The translations under genes and the position numbers were made by a program. Below are positions 39,374 through 52,259 of a stretch of DNA of 64,000 nt, one piece after another; positions within the stretch are counted from its first letter, which is position 1; each line of letters begins with the position of its first letter. The DNA is from Negaprion brevirostris. Its lineage: Eukaryota. The stretch is from assembly GCA_030324005.1 (NCBI GenBank), contig JARDVH010000143.1, positions 40,161,470 to 40,225,469 of the forward strand, read 5' to 3'. The notes under the pieces were generated by a model that saw only the letters and a program-made list of their open reading frames with translations, did no database searches and was not told where the DNA came from.

Positions 39374-39610
39374 ATTAGCAGTTGTTATGTTTAAGTATCT
39401 CAGTTGGTTAAAAATTAAGCTAATTCATTTGTTATAGTTAAACTGTGTTGTTAAAATAAAGTTTGTTTTGATAAAAACATCCTAATGTGTCAATAGAATC
39501 ACACCTGGAGTGAAACACATTATCCTCACACTAATGTCTGAACAAACAAATAGTTGGAGTCTGGGATAACTTCATAACATACCTTGGGGTTTCTGACCTG
39601 GCCCCTAACA
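39374..39610 (+). mobile_element. Possible LTR 3' portion (solo LTR remnant)
   Basis: aataaa followed by a U5-like segment ending ...cccctaaca (CA terminus); the 5' end would lie in the gap. Confidence 0.35.
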
Positions 39611-40144
39611 AAAACAATAAGCAAAATCTTTTAATGTACATTTTTGTTGAGAGAATGTGATAAATTAGATAGAAATGAAGAAAAACCAAGCCAGTTACAA
39701 TCAGTAAAGGAGTTTGGAAAATGTCTAGGCAGTGGAACAGCATCCACACAAATAAACTTTTCAGTTGATTATGGGCATTCACTTTTTGCAACGAAAAAAC
39801 TTCATCTGGAAACTTGATGGGGGTTGGGGAGCAGTGGGAAATATCAGATCAACTTTAAGCAAAGGTGCAGGTAAAGTCGGCAGTAATCTTTAATGTATCT
39901 TTCATAAAATGAAGGAGGATGAGGATAAAAGGGAGGGGGGCATTTGGTATAGGGGAAGGGGAAGTATTGATGTTTAGATTGTTAGTGTGACAGCAACAGT
40001 CAGGAGAGATGTGGAAGGGCCTCTATCAGATGCACAACTGCAACAGTGAAACTCCTGCTCTCGCCATGAATGACAGTTCGGCAGACCACATTAACCAGCA
40101 AGTAGGAGGAGGGGTGGCCTGACACAGAAATGCAGCTTAACACG

Positions 40145-41200
40145 CACCTGACTGATGGTGTAGGGGATAACATTGGCATGGATAGAAGATTGGTTAGCTA
40201 ATGAGAACCAGAATTGGCATAAATGGGGCCTTTCCTGGTTGGAAGGATGTGACGAGTAGAGTGCCACAGGGATCAGTGCTGGGGCTTCGACCTTTTGCAA
40301 TTTATACAAATTACTTGGATGAATGAACCAAAGGTGTGGTTACTAAATTGGATGATGACGAAGATATGTAGGAAAGTAAATTGTGAAGAGGACTTGAGGA
40401 GGATACAAAGATGCATTAAGAGAATGGGCAAAGATCTGGCAAATGGGAGTACAATGTGGGCGAATGTGAAATTTTCCATTTTGGCAGGAAGGATAAATAA
40501 GCTTATCTAAATGGTGTCAGATTGCAGAGGACTGAAATACAGAGGGATCTTGGTGTCCTAGTGCATGAATCGCAAAAGAGATAGCAAGTAATTAGGAAAG
40601 CAAATGTTGTCATTTATTGTGAAGGGAATTGATCGCAAAAATAATGAGGTTTATGCTTCTGCAGTGCAGAGCGTTGCTGCAATTACGTCTGAAGAACTGT
40701 ACAGTGTTGGTTTCCTTATTTAAGGAAAGATGTAATGATGCTTTAGAAGCAGTTCAGAAAAGGTTTATTGATACCAGGAATGGGCACGTTGTCCTATGAA
40801 GAAAAGTTGGATAGGTTGGATGTGTATCCACTGGAGTTTAAAAGAGTGAGTGGTGATTTGATTGAAACATATAAGATCCTGAGGGGACTTAACAGGGTGA
40901 ATGTAGAAAAGATGTTTCCTCTTGTGAGAGATCTAGAAATAGGTGTTTAAAAATAAGAGATTCTCTTTTAAAATGGAGATGGGAATTTTATTTGAGTGTT
41001 GAGTCTCTGGAACTCTCTTCCTCAAAAGGCAATGGAAGCAGAGTCTTTAAATATTCTTAAGACCGAGCTAGATAAATTCTTGATTAACAAGGAATGGAAG
41101 GTTATCATAGGCAGACAAACATGGGGCTGCAATCAGATCAACCATGATCTAATTGAATGACAAAGTGGGCTTCAGGGGCTGAGTGGTCTACTCCTAATTT
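40145..41200 (+). mobile_element. Decayed CR1-type LINE 3' ~1 kb
   Basis: gtgccacagggatcagtgctgggg (VPQGSVLG); LSYEEKLDRL..YPLEFKRVSGDLIETYKILRGL; 3' UTR. Confidence 0.85.
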
Positions 41201-43039
41201 TATGGCCCCACATCCTCTAACTCTAACCGCTGCAATAGATAACCTGGATCTATTGGATTTGCTGCTTGTGTTTCAGTAGAGCATTAGTGGCTTTATTGTT
41301 TGATGCTGATGTGGTGCTTCACCCCCTCTTTTTGTACTACATGGGAACTTGATGCACCCTGATGCTTGGCACATGTGTTGCCACATACTTTTCCGTTGCT
41401 CTTTCAATCACAATTTCTCTCCCACATTTGCTGCTGTTCGATGTATTTCAGTCTCTCAGCAAGTGTGGTACGGAAGTGGCCTGTGATTGCAGGAATCACT
41501 CCTTACAGATTATCACATTCATGAACAGAGCTGACTTTTCTCTCGGTTGCCCCCACGATTAAATTTTCCCAGGCTTTTTGGGGGCTTTTGCGGGAGAATT
41601 TGCCTGCTGCCCCCGTGTGGTTTGAACTCTACCTCTTCCTCTTTCAATCTGAACTGGAAATAAAAAATGGGGATATTCTGGGGACTTCTTCAAAATAAAC
41701 CTTTTTGGAAAAAAAATCAGTTATAAAAACACCTATTAGTCTGCCAGTTAGATATATTCTAGATTTCCACCAAGATTAATCCTTTCCATTGAAATGCATG
41801 TTTCATAAAGCATGTTGCATTTTTACAGCTATCTGTAAACGCCTTTTCTACTAGCTCATTTCTGCTATTTCAAATTTTTAAAAAACTTGTATCTATTTGA
41901 AATTGGTGTCATCAGGCTGTCCCAAAGCACTTTCCATACAAAGAAGCACTTTTTGAAGTTTAGTTACTGTTATGACAAACACAACAACCATTTTATGAAT
42001 TTATTTGATCTGTGGATGTGGACAACATTTAAGATCCACCCTGTGTTGGGGGCAATGGGCAGGTGGCAATGAGTTGTTTTTATTACTGCAATCTTTCTGA
42101 CAGTGTTCCCTCAATGATGTTGGATAAAGAATTGCAGGATGTTGAACTAGCTTTGAAGGAATGGTGATTATTCAAGTGAGGATGGTTTTTGCTTTCGAAG
42201 AGAACTTAACACATGTTGGGATGGATGATGGAACCTGATTTTTGCAAACCAAGTGCCATTTTTCTCTACACATTAAGCGCTTCAAATGTGCAGTGACTAA
42301 TGTTTGTTAATGCACAATATGTATTTTTTTCTTGCTCACAACTGGGAAGGTTAGAAGAGAACTAACATTTTTGTTGGGATGGTAATGGAATCTTAACTTA
42401 TTCAGTTGCTATATCAAAGAATGCTGTTTCCTTCTGTAGCAAGCCAGTCTGAGCTGAGCAGCTGAAAAAAGCGCTGTTGTGTTTCTGGACTCTCAGTATC
42501 AAGTTAATATGAAAGCATCTGGTCCTAGTGGATCAAAGAGCTCATCTCTCTTAAGGGTGCTAACCACATAAATAAGGGATGCCTACTCTTAATCAGTGCT
42601 TGATAACATTGTACAATAGATTTCTGTTGAAATAGCAGTCAGCTAAATCATGACTAATTTGACCAATAAGAGCGCACAATAAGAATTGAGTTAGAGCAAC
42701 CAAGGAAAGATAATATAAATAATGGGAAGTGGGATTAGATTTTTAAATTTGCTCGAGCAATTCTCAGCTATCAGAGCAAATGAGCTTGATTTCTCTTTCT
42801 CTCTCTTCTCTCCTCCGCCCCCCCCCACACACACACACACATTGTAGTAACATGTAGACTCAAAGTTTATTCTCTACACTAGAAATGAAATTTTTAAAAA
42901 TTCTTTCCTTTTGAACTGGTAATGTTATGATTGATCTCACCAGCATGTTTGTTTCTTTAAGAAATCTTGACTGTAGTTTAGAATTTGTATTGTTTCTCAT
43001 CTTCTGTATCATGAGCTCATAAACCACATCTCCTGTACT

Positions 43040-43132
43040 TAAGAACATAAGAAACAGGAGCAGGAGTAGGCCATCTAGTCCTTCGAGCCTGCCCCGCCAT
43101 TCAGTAAGATCATGGCTGATCTGTCGTGGCTC
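43040..43132 (-). mobile_element. Young LINE 3' tail
   Basis: Shared tail sequence; abuts a gap. Confidence 0.8.
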
Positions 43133-43920
43133 NNNNNNNNNNNNNNNNNNNNNNNNNNNNNNNNNNNNNNNNNNNNNNNNNNNNNNNNNNNNNNNNNAAA
43201 AGTTCTAGAGAATGACAAACAAAGGTTTGTCCATTTTCATTTTAGGGTGAATTAGACCAGACCTTCAAACTTTATTACATTGATCTTGAGTTGCAAGTGA
43301 ATGTGAGAAGTAAATCTGGTCCAAGGTAGTCCCAGAAGAAGCTAGCATTATAATTCACCACTTTACGCTACTACTAACAAACATGCATTTCGGAATGGTA
43401 GAATTAGTTGCGTTTTCTACACTTGTGTAGAATTAAGTTGCCCCTTGTGCTGTCTCAATTTTGCATCTCAGCCTAATCTTCCAAAGCTTTCCTTATTATT
43501 TATTTCCCGCACCAGTTAACTGTTGACTTCTCTAAGAGAGTTGGTTTCACATGATACTGATTTTTTTTCTTTGTGAGGCATGTAAAATTACATTTTGTTG
43601 TAATTCTATGTAGTTTGATGGAGAGCGACCAAGTTTATTACATGTAGAGCCATCACAGACAGACAGATGACATTCATGGGTTCACTTGAGGCAGGGTAAT
43701 TTATTACTTCCTCTAATTTGGATCTGATCAAAGCAGGGAAATTTGGTTTGAATCATCCTGATTTACATTTAATGCAAGTCAGTTTAAATGTAGTTCAAGA
43801 GCTCTGTAGCAACCGTATGTCATTGCTCTGCATTTTGTGTGAAATTTCATAAACCTATGAATTTACATTTGTGTGATTGAAACGAACTGGAGCATTCTGA
43901 TTATAAGTCTTCCTTTACAG

Positions 43921-44089
43921 TTGTAGCTCTTCTGGTAAAGCTCAAGGTACAGAGAGAGGGATCTCAGTCTTCCGACCAGATCAAATCAAAGTGAAGCAAG
44001 AGCCAGGCACAGAGGATGACGTGTGCAGTTTCTCCGGTGCTTCTATAAAACATGAGCATTTGGAAGATGGCCGGAGAAGTGCTTGCATG
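43921..44089 (+). CDS. TRIM33: TRIM33 coding exon: CSSSGKAQGTERGISVFRPDQIKVKQEPGTEDDVCSFSGASIKHEHLEDGRRSACM
   Basis: tcctttacag acceptor, ATG|gtaaat donor, 169 nt; VKQEPGTED..CSFSG and EDGRRSACM motifs; SUMO-type psiKxE motifs VKQE and IKHE. Confidence 0.94.
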
Positions 44090-45722
44090 GTAAATTTGAA
44101 ATACTTCTGGCTTAATCAAAAAAAATCCGCTGCATTTTTCAGTGGCAGCCCATTGCTTGAATGAGAAGTTAATTTGAGCCACAGCTTAAAATATGTATTT
44201 TTTTAATTGCAGCTTAATGCATTCAGGTCATGTGTCAGCAATGTTTGTAGCCATTATTTTAGTGTAGAAGCCAATTTGCAGTTGAAAAATTTCTCTGATT
44301 TTATACAGAATCTTATAACCGACATTGAACTGTAAAACAGCTGTCCGCAGAACTGGATGCTGCTGCACCTTTTGATAAAGACTGTACATTCTTGATGGTT
44401 TCAGATAGGCGGTATATATTTCATTGCCTTCCTAGCTGACAACTAATAGAGGATTATGTTACTGAGAAGTAAGCTGAATAAAGTATAAGGTTGATGAGTT
44501 CTGTGATAGTGTCACTGTAAATTGGTGCTTTTCACTCCTACTCATTTGAATATACCTCAGTTGTCTGGATACCTTCAGACTTGGTTTCCCTGTTAATGCC
44601 TCAGTTACATTGCACAAGGGTATATATAAAAGATATATGCTGCATTTATTTATGGTACACAATTGGAATTCCTTTTGTTATAAACATTGCGTTATTCTCC
44701 TTCCTGCTGTGATTTGGTTGCAAATTGGCAACGCGTACACACAATCTGTAAGTTCTCTGTTCCTGATGAAACAGTTGAATGGCAACAGTGAGAAGCAATC
44801 TAAGGGAGAAGTATATTATAAAAATGATACAATTTGAGGGGTTCAAATGATAGATACAAACTGTTTAGGTGTTCTTCTATCATTTGAAATTTAATCTCAA
44901 TTCCACCTCTGTAATGTATTCCTTGGCCCACGTTCTGTATAGTGCAGGACTGTACGTTCAGAGTTTATTTCATTCAGATTGCTTTTCACATTGAGAACCT
45001 TCTACAAAGAGCATTCGGTTTCTCGAGGACAAAGAATGTTTTATCAGACTCCTTTTTGTTTACATGAAAGTTGTGCACAAAAGAGAGAAATTCCCAAAGA
45101 AACAGAGATGGGTTCAAAGTGGAGCTAACTTTTTTGAGCTTTTGGTGTTGACGACTAGCTGCTTTTTCAGTGCTAGTTCTGGCACAATCATCATTTTTCT
45201 GTAACAATAAAGGTAAGTTAAAGGAGGTTAGTGGAATTTAGATAATCAGGGTAGAATTGGGCCATTCACATGTGTATTTCAGTTTCTGAAGAGAAAGCAT
45301 TTTATTCTGAATAAGAATTGTGTAAGGGAGAACAACAAAACCTCCAGCTTTAAAAGCAACAGAGATATTTAAGCATTTGCCATGATGGCAAGACAACCTT
45401 ACAAGACTCTTTAAAATTTAAAGTACAATTTTTGCACCCGAGTATTTTCCATATAGGGACTTGGCATTAAGGGAAAATAGACTAGGTGCTTCCCTGCAAG
45501 GAGAAAGGGGAATCACTAGACTCACCTGAGACAGGCTCAGTCTTTCTGGCCATCTTAATGATTAGGAGCATTTTCACTCCCTCCACCCTTGGACAAGGGA
45601 CAGTGTGTGGGCTGCTGAGTCACTAACTTGAATATTGGTGTTCAAGAGAAATTAAATTTCATAAAGTTTGCTTAGAAGATTAATTCCTGAATAATCCACA
45701 TGCTAATCTCCTTCAAATTTAG

Positions 45723-46075
45723 ATGAGCAGTCCTGAAAGCAGCTTGACACCACCTCTTTCCAACAACTTGCACTCTGAGAGCGAGACTGATATGGAGGGT
45801 CTTCGGCAAGTTGAAAACCACGTGAAGATGGAAGCTTCTGATAAGACAGGGAGTTGCAGGCAGTTGAGCAACACCATTAATGGAAAGTCCCCAATCCGTA
45901 ATTTCGCGCATCGCTCACCACGAGTAGGAGGGGACAACAGCAATAACAAAGATGAAGACCCTAATGAGGATTGGTGCGCTGTGTGTCAGAATGGAGGAGA
46001 TCTACTGTGTTGTGATAAGTGTCCAAAGGTTTTCCACCTAGCGTGTCATGTACCTACACTTCTCAACTTTCCTAG
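45723..46075 (+). CDS. TRIM33: TRIM33 coding exon including the N-terminal part of the PHD finger: [13 protein letters not shown]...[41 protein letters not shown](S)
   Basis: aatttag acceptor, TAG|gtaagt donor, 353 nt; C4-H-C3 PHD pattern with [17 protein letters not shown]. Confidence 0.97.
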
Positions 46076-47206
46076 GTAAGTCTGCCCTATCCTTAACATT
46101 AGATAACAGCAGCAGCAGCGAGTTTCGAATTTATTTCTCCTGAAATGCGCAGTAAGTAGCAATGATTTATCATATGGGAGTACGATAATTTGTTGTTCAG
46201 CTTTCCTTTAATAATACCTTTTGTTATTTGAACTTGTTCCAAATTAAACAAAAGCTTGTACAATGGATTTTACTCCATTGTATGTATACTGTTCTAAATT
46301 TAGCTGCATGATGCATGGGTCTGTAATACATTTCACGCTTAGTGCTGAATATAAACTCACAAACAAATTTGGTTTTGGGTGCAAACAACTGGATGCCTGA
46401 ATGTCATTTCAGTGGCCTGTGTCATAAAATGTATTGCAGGTTTATTGAATGTGATTTCCTTTTCTCCTTAAAAAGGAGCACTAATTAGATAACAGTACCC
46501 TGAGCAAGCAAACTACAGCTTGTATTCACTCACTTATTCTAACTAGAGCCTCCCCAACCAAGAGAAAGCCCTATTAGCCCTCAGTGCATTGACATATGAG
46601 TTCAGTGCCTGAATCTGGAAATACCATGTAAAGTATCATAATACAGGACAGCAAGCGCTTCTCAAATTCTGTAAAACTTGTATCGGGGTACTTCTTTAAA
46701 ACAAGACTTAAGGCAACCTTGGGTCCTAATCAATGATGTATGTTTTATATCAACTTTGCAAATGTATAAAATCAGTACAGAAACAGACCACTATGCGCTT
46801 GACATAGGTGCAGTGCCATTGTGACAAGGAATTTAAACCATCCTGTGGATGCAGGTGTGATGTGCACATGCATTACACATTCGCAATGTTCAAAAGACAG
46901 TTGGAGAAGTAATAGCAAAATAAGAAATCTGAAGAAAAAAACGAGGAAGATAAAAATATACAAATGAAAAACGTGTAAAAATGGAAAAACAAAACCAGAA
47001 CTATATATAGTGCTAAAAATTGGATCTGGATAAAATGAATTACCCAGTCCTGCACAGTAAAGTACTCATAACTTTTAAACCAATGGTTAATTGGATTGCT
47101 TAGTGATGGTGATAGCTGTTAAAACTATTGATGTGCAAGTTTCTAATTTGCCTAGAGAATTTGATGATTAAAGACTATTTTGACTCTGTTTTTGTTCCTA
47201 CTTAAG

Positions 47207-47330
47207 TGGAGAGTGGATCTGCACATTTTGTCGGGACCTGTCCAAACCAGAAGTAGAGTATGACTGTGACAATCTGCATCACATAAAGAAGGGAAAAACT
47301 GGGCCAAGCCTGGCTCCAGTTGACCAAAGG
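47207..47330 (+). CDS. TRIM33: TRIM33 coding exon (PHD C-terminus and linker): [41 protein letters not shown]
   Basis: Pyrimidine tract with cttaag (AAG) acceptor, AGG|gtgagt donor, 124 nt; [18 protein letters not shown] motif. Confidence 0.96.
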
Positions 47331-48542
47331 GTGAGTGCCATTCTTTTAAGAAGAAAAGTTTACTCTGTAATTGTAGGACTGGATAAGAATTGAAGCAAAA
47401 AAGAACTTGGGGTGTATTAGTGTTGGTAGTAGAGAGGGCAGCTGTTTTGGAGAGTGCATTGGGAATTGGTACTTAGACCCTGTTCTGTTTTAGACTCCAA
47501 ATTAAAATCCCAACCAATTCTTCAATATTCTAGTTCTAAATTCGCAAACAAATTTGGAGCGCTTGCAAAATAGGTGAAAGATAAAAATTATCAATGAGAA
47601 CTGTAGGCAGTGCACATTGGTTGAAAAAATAAGTAGGTAATGAATTGAATCAAAGCCATGAGGGAAAGCAGAGTGGACTTGAAATTGACAATGTCCATAT
47701 AAATATGTTTGGGGAATTGGAAGATTGGCCAGTGCAGTACAGGATAAATCTAGAAATTATACTGAGACTTTGCAAGCACTGCTTATAACACACTTGAAGT
47801 GCTGTGTTCAGTACTGGTTTTCCATGTCACAGAGGGTTTACAGGTATTGATAAGGATAAAGAGAAATGCAACAAGGTTAAGTTTAATATGCTGTGAGGAA
47901 AGATTAGAAGTTAAAATTCCTCCTGTCCTCAAAGATTAATGGAGAACGTTAAGGAGTATATCAAACTTTAAATACTACCAGGTAAACTCAATATTAATTC
48001 AAAGCATGCTAGGAAAATAATTTCAGCTTGTAGAAAACAAGTTTAAAAATGGATATTATAAAAATTAATTTACTTGGAATTAATCTGCCTATTAGTTTTA
48101 ATAAGGATGTCTAACACTGCTAAAAGACACTAACATTTCAAGTTGGGGTTCAAGCCTGGATCAAGTGACTGGGCTTCTCTTTGAGCTGCTGCTCCATGCA
48201 AATCTCCATACCCTATATAACATGTCAGCTTGTTATGTGGGATTTGAAGTAAGTCAAGTGATGGGAGAATAGGGTGGAAAGTGGAGTTGAGTAGAAGATC
48301 ATTCATAATCTTATTGAACAGCAGGGAAGGCTCAAGGGACCAAATGACCGATGTCAGCTCTTGCCTGTGTTTGTTTCCACACTTCAAATTTTGTCAGTCA
48401 GATAGTTAATTAAATCTCTTGAATATTTCAAGCATTAAGTGAACATCTTACAATTGTATCTCAACCAGTTGCACGATATGGAGTCCAGCTTCAAACTCAG
48501 TTCTGCAGCTTTACTAACTGGTGTTTTGCTTTTTTTTATTAG

Positions 48543-48617
48543 AAGTGTGAGCGTCTCCTATTATACCTGTATTGTCATGAAATGAGTATCGCATTCCAAG
48601 AACCTGTCCCTTCCTCT
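48543..48617 (+). CDS. TRIM33: TRIM33 coding exon (bromodomain alpha-Z/ZA loop): [25 protein letters not shown]
   Basis: TACTAAC branch point at 48512-48518, poly-T tract, ttag acceptor, TCT|gtaagt donor, 75 nt. Confidence 0.96.
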
Positions 48618-50334
48618 GTAAGTGTCTCAAGTTTGAAGTCCAGTTTCTGAAATACTTCTGTATTTTACTACCTTTAATATTAATGTTATTTAAAGAGCTA
48701 CTGCAACATGTACATGATCTGAAAGCAGTTAGTGTGGGCCTCTTGCCAGTTCTGCTTTGTACGTGGGTTATAGTCCATATAGCTATTTGGTGAAAGATAT
48801 AAATAGAGGCAGACATTATCATGGGCAGGGCCAGAAAATTTGGAGAGCTGTTGACTTTAATAGCTCTCCAAATTTTCCCACCCCACCTGTGACAACACAC
48901 TCCAGTGTCAGGGCCAGAGAATTCCACCAGATCTTTAACATACTTTTATAAGCTTTTTTTGTTACACAGCTGCAGATTATTTATAAGCAAACACTTCCAA
49001 ACTCAACAGCTATAGTTCGTCAGTGTCTATTTATAGGGTCACAAGTGAAATCAAATTAAATGCCTACAATTAAACACAATTAATTTGCACCATGTCGTGG
49101 ATTAATTGATACATGGTTTATTTTCACTCTTTAACTCCAGGTGGGTGCAGTAGTGTATTAAAGCAATGCTTTTGCATTGTCTACCACACTGTCTAGTTCT
49201 GGCACCTGCTTATACATGCACTGTTACAATCCTGGATTCTGACTTAATCTGCCCTCGTGCATAGATTTGTTTATGCTTACAAGTCCTTATTTGTAAGTCT
49301 AGGTTCTGGCACCTGCTTGCATATCTCTTCAGAGTCTCAATTCTGAGAGGTATTTCCAAGGGAGTGGAAATATGACAATGATTTAATTAAAGGTTTTCAG
49401 TGTAATTGGCTACATTTTGAGTCATAATTTTATCCTTTCACTTCTAAAGGTGGCACCTTGTGCTGTGATTCTAAAAGGTACTGCTACCCATTGCTGCACC
49501 CGCCTGAGTGGTCTGTCTTCATCTGTGAAGCTACATGAGATTTGACAGGCTGGTTTATTGGGAATGGGATATTATGATTGATTCCAACTCTGCTGAGTTA
49601 TATGTACTTTCCAGCAGGGGTCATTAGAACGAAATCAGGAAAATATCTTCTCAACTGAAGAGTATGTAACGTAGTCAATTTGCTGATTGCATATTTAGAT
49701 TCCATAGCACCACGTTATTGCATCTGTTGGTTCTTACCATATTTAGCATGTGATCTCTTTGGATAGTTTTAGACTGAGGACACTTGAAACCTGATTGTGG
49801 TAACCTCCTATCAGTACATGTACCTTTGAAATGTGGATTAATTTCTCTTCCTTTCCCACCCCTTCCCCCACAAAAAATGCCTTCCTTAGTGTATCATTTT
49901 CCTTGAAATACCTATTGCTTTCTCCATTATGAAATCTGCAAATGAGTTATTTGTGTGTTGCATTAGGAAAACTTTTCAAGTCATCGGGGCAACGTTATTT
50001 GCAAGAATTACTTTTTAAAATTTGTTTATTAAGAAGGCTAAGACTGAATAAATTTAGTATTTCTGTATTCGCCACAAATCCATAATAAATTTCGTAAGTG
50101 TGTAAGTTTGATCATTAATGGATGATTAGTTAAAATGTAATCTTTATTACAAATCCCTACAGCCTAAACTCAAAATTGTACATCAGTGAACTGTACTTTT
50201 CTTGAAGTCATTTTATGTTGATTGACAACATACTTGTACTACTGCCAAAACCCCCTCATACAAGCTTTTTATCAGCAACAATATTATGAATGATTTTATT
50301 AGCATTCTACGTTTGACACTTGGCCTTTTGGTAG

Positions 50335-50453
50335 TGACTCTCTGACGAAGGGTCGTCTAGACTCAAAAGGTTGAGTCTCTTTTCTTCTCTCCTCCACTGC
50401 CCCAACAAACGCTATAAGACCTGTTGAACTTCTCCAGCATTTTGTTTTTGTTA
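50335..50453 (+). mobile_element. Penelope-like tail with a degenerate hammerhead
   Basis: gactct-CTGACGA-A-GGGTC-gtcta-GACTC-AAAA-ggtt-gagtc; the tail agacctgttgaacttctccagcatttt resembles 35016-35038. Confidence 0.6.
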
Positions 50454-50519
50454 CTGTATATTTATGGTCACTTTCAACAACCATTACTTGCCTCAGTGGT
50501 TTGAGTTATTGGGACGATC

Positions 50520-51010
50520 TTAGAATCACTGAATCATCACAATGAGGGTGGAGGCAATTTGACCCATCGTGTCCCTGTTAACACTCTGCAAGAACATCTC
50601 AGCTAGAACAACTACATTTTCCTGTTGCCTTGCAAATTATTTCCTATCAGAAAATTATCCAGTCCACTCTTCGAAGTCATGATTGAATCTGTCTTCACCA
50701 CAATCTCAAGCTGTGCACTCCAGATCCACTGCTTAAACAAGTTTTTTTTCTTCATATCACCTCTTTCTTTTGTTACTCGCCTTAAATCGGTGTTCTCCGG
50801 TTCTCAACCCTTCTACCAGCAGAAACTTTCCCAATCTACTCTGTACACAGCCCTCGTGATTTTTGAGTACCTTTTTCAAGTATCCCCTCTCCTTCCCTTT
50901 TCTTGGGAGAACAACCCCAGCTTTTCCAATCTATCCACGTAACTGAAGTTCTCCATTCCCGGAACCATTCTCGTAAACCTCTCTTTGCACTCTTTCTAAA
51001 TAGTTCAAAT
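50520..51010 (-). mobile_element. Decayed CR1-type LINE 3' end
   Basis: LERVQR..., agattggaaaagctggggttgttctc (RLEKLGLFS) on the minus strand. Confidence 0.7.
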
Positions 51011-52106
51011 GTCCCCCTCGGTCGTAGATGAGGGAAGTACATGTGATACAATAGTTTGCTTTCTTTTTCATTGTCCAGGTCATTCCAGTGTGGATCCCTA
51101 TAATCACCATCTGACCTGCTTCTTCTCTCCTGATGTTCAACAGCTTCAGAACTCTAATGCCTGTATGGTCTTGCCCCATCCTATATCTGTAACCTGACCT
51201 AGAGCTGCACCCACACTGCTCCCCTTGAAATTGTCCTACTCTGAATTTGACCTTGTTTGTATATTCCTTCCCTTTTCTGCACCATTGCCAGCCTTGCCTT
51301 GACCTACCTAAGCCCTGTACTCTAGAATTTTCTTCTTAAACTTATGTGCTTCCATCACCACCTTCTTTAGGACTCTTCCTTAAACTCCACCTCTTTCACC
51401 AATCATTTGATCACTGCTCATCCTTTAAGTCTGAACTGCCTTGGGATGGTTTTCTAAGTTAAAGCCAAGAGCATGGTATTTTTTTTCCTTGCATCACTCA
51501 TTAAAAATTAAGACAACATTTATACCAGCCAGTAATAAAATGGAACCATTTTCTTAACTGTTTTTCCTTCTTTCATATACAATAAGTGATGCTTTAATTG
51601 GATTTGAATTATTGTCACGTGTATTGTTTCTTGCACACTATACAAAGCATACCATTCATAGAGTACATAAGGAAGAAGGAAAGGAGAGGGTGCAAAACAT
51701 AATGTCACAATCTTAAGTGGGGTGTAGAGAAAGATCAACTTAATATAAGGTAGGTCTGTTCAAAAAGTCTAATGGTAGCAGGGAAGAAACTGTTTTTGAG
51801 TCAGTTGGTAAGTGATCTCAGAATTTTGTATCTTTTTCCGACAGGTGGAATAGAGTACGTCCAGGTGTGTTGGGTCCTTGATTATACTGTCTGCTTTTGA
51901 TGCAGAGGGAAGTATAGACAATCAGTGGGTAGGAGACTGGTTTGCATGATGGACTGGGCTACATTCACAACCCTTTGTAGTTCCTTGTGATGTTAGGCAG
52001 AGCAGGAGCCATGTCAAGGTGTTGATAACATTAGTTGGTAATTTGGACTACAGATATAACTGGAATTTCCATAAAAATGGAATCAAGTTGCCTTTTTTTC
52101 TCCTAG

Positions 52107-52259
52107 GTTCCTGATTACTACAGAATTATTAAAAATCCAATGGATTTATCCAGAGTGAAAATGAAATTACAGAAAAAACACTCTCAACATTACCAAACAC
52201 CGGAGAACTTTGTGGCTGATATTAGGCTCATTTTTAAGAACTGTGAAAAGTTCAATGAA
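52107..52259 (+). CDS. TRIM33: TRIM33 coding exon (bromodomain): [51 protein letters not shown]
   Basis: tttttttctcctag acceptor, GAA|gtaagt donor, 153 nt; [10 protein letters not shown] is TRIM33-type rather than TRIM24-type; the acetyl-lysine-binding Asn (FNE) is present. Confidence 0.96.

Noticed and set aside
42790-42841. CT-rich / poly-C / (CA)n tract
   Set aside because: Ordinary low-complexity microsatellite.
12656-52259. Assignment as TRIM24, TRIM28 or TRIM66
   Set aside because: TRIM33-type motifs ([43 protein letters not shown]) dominate.
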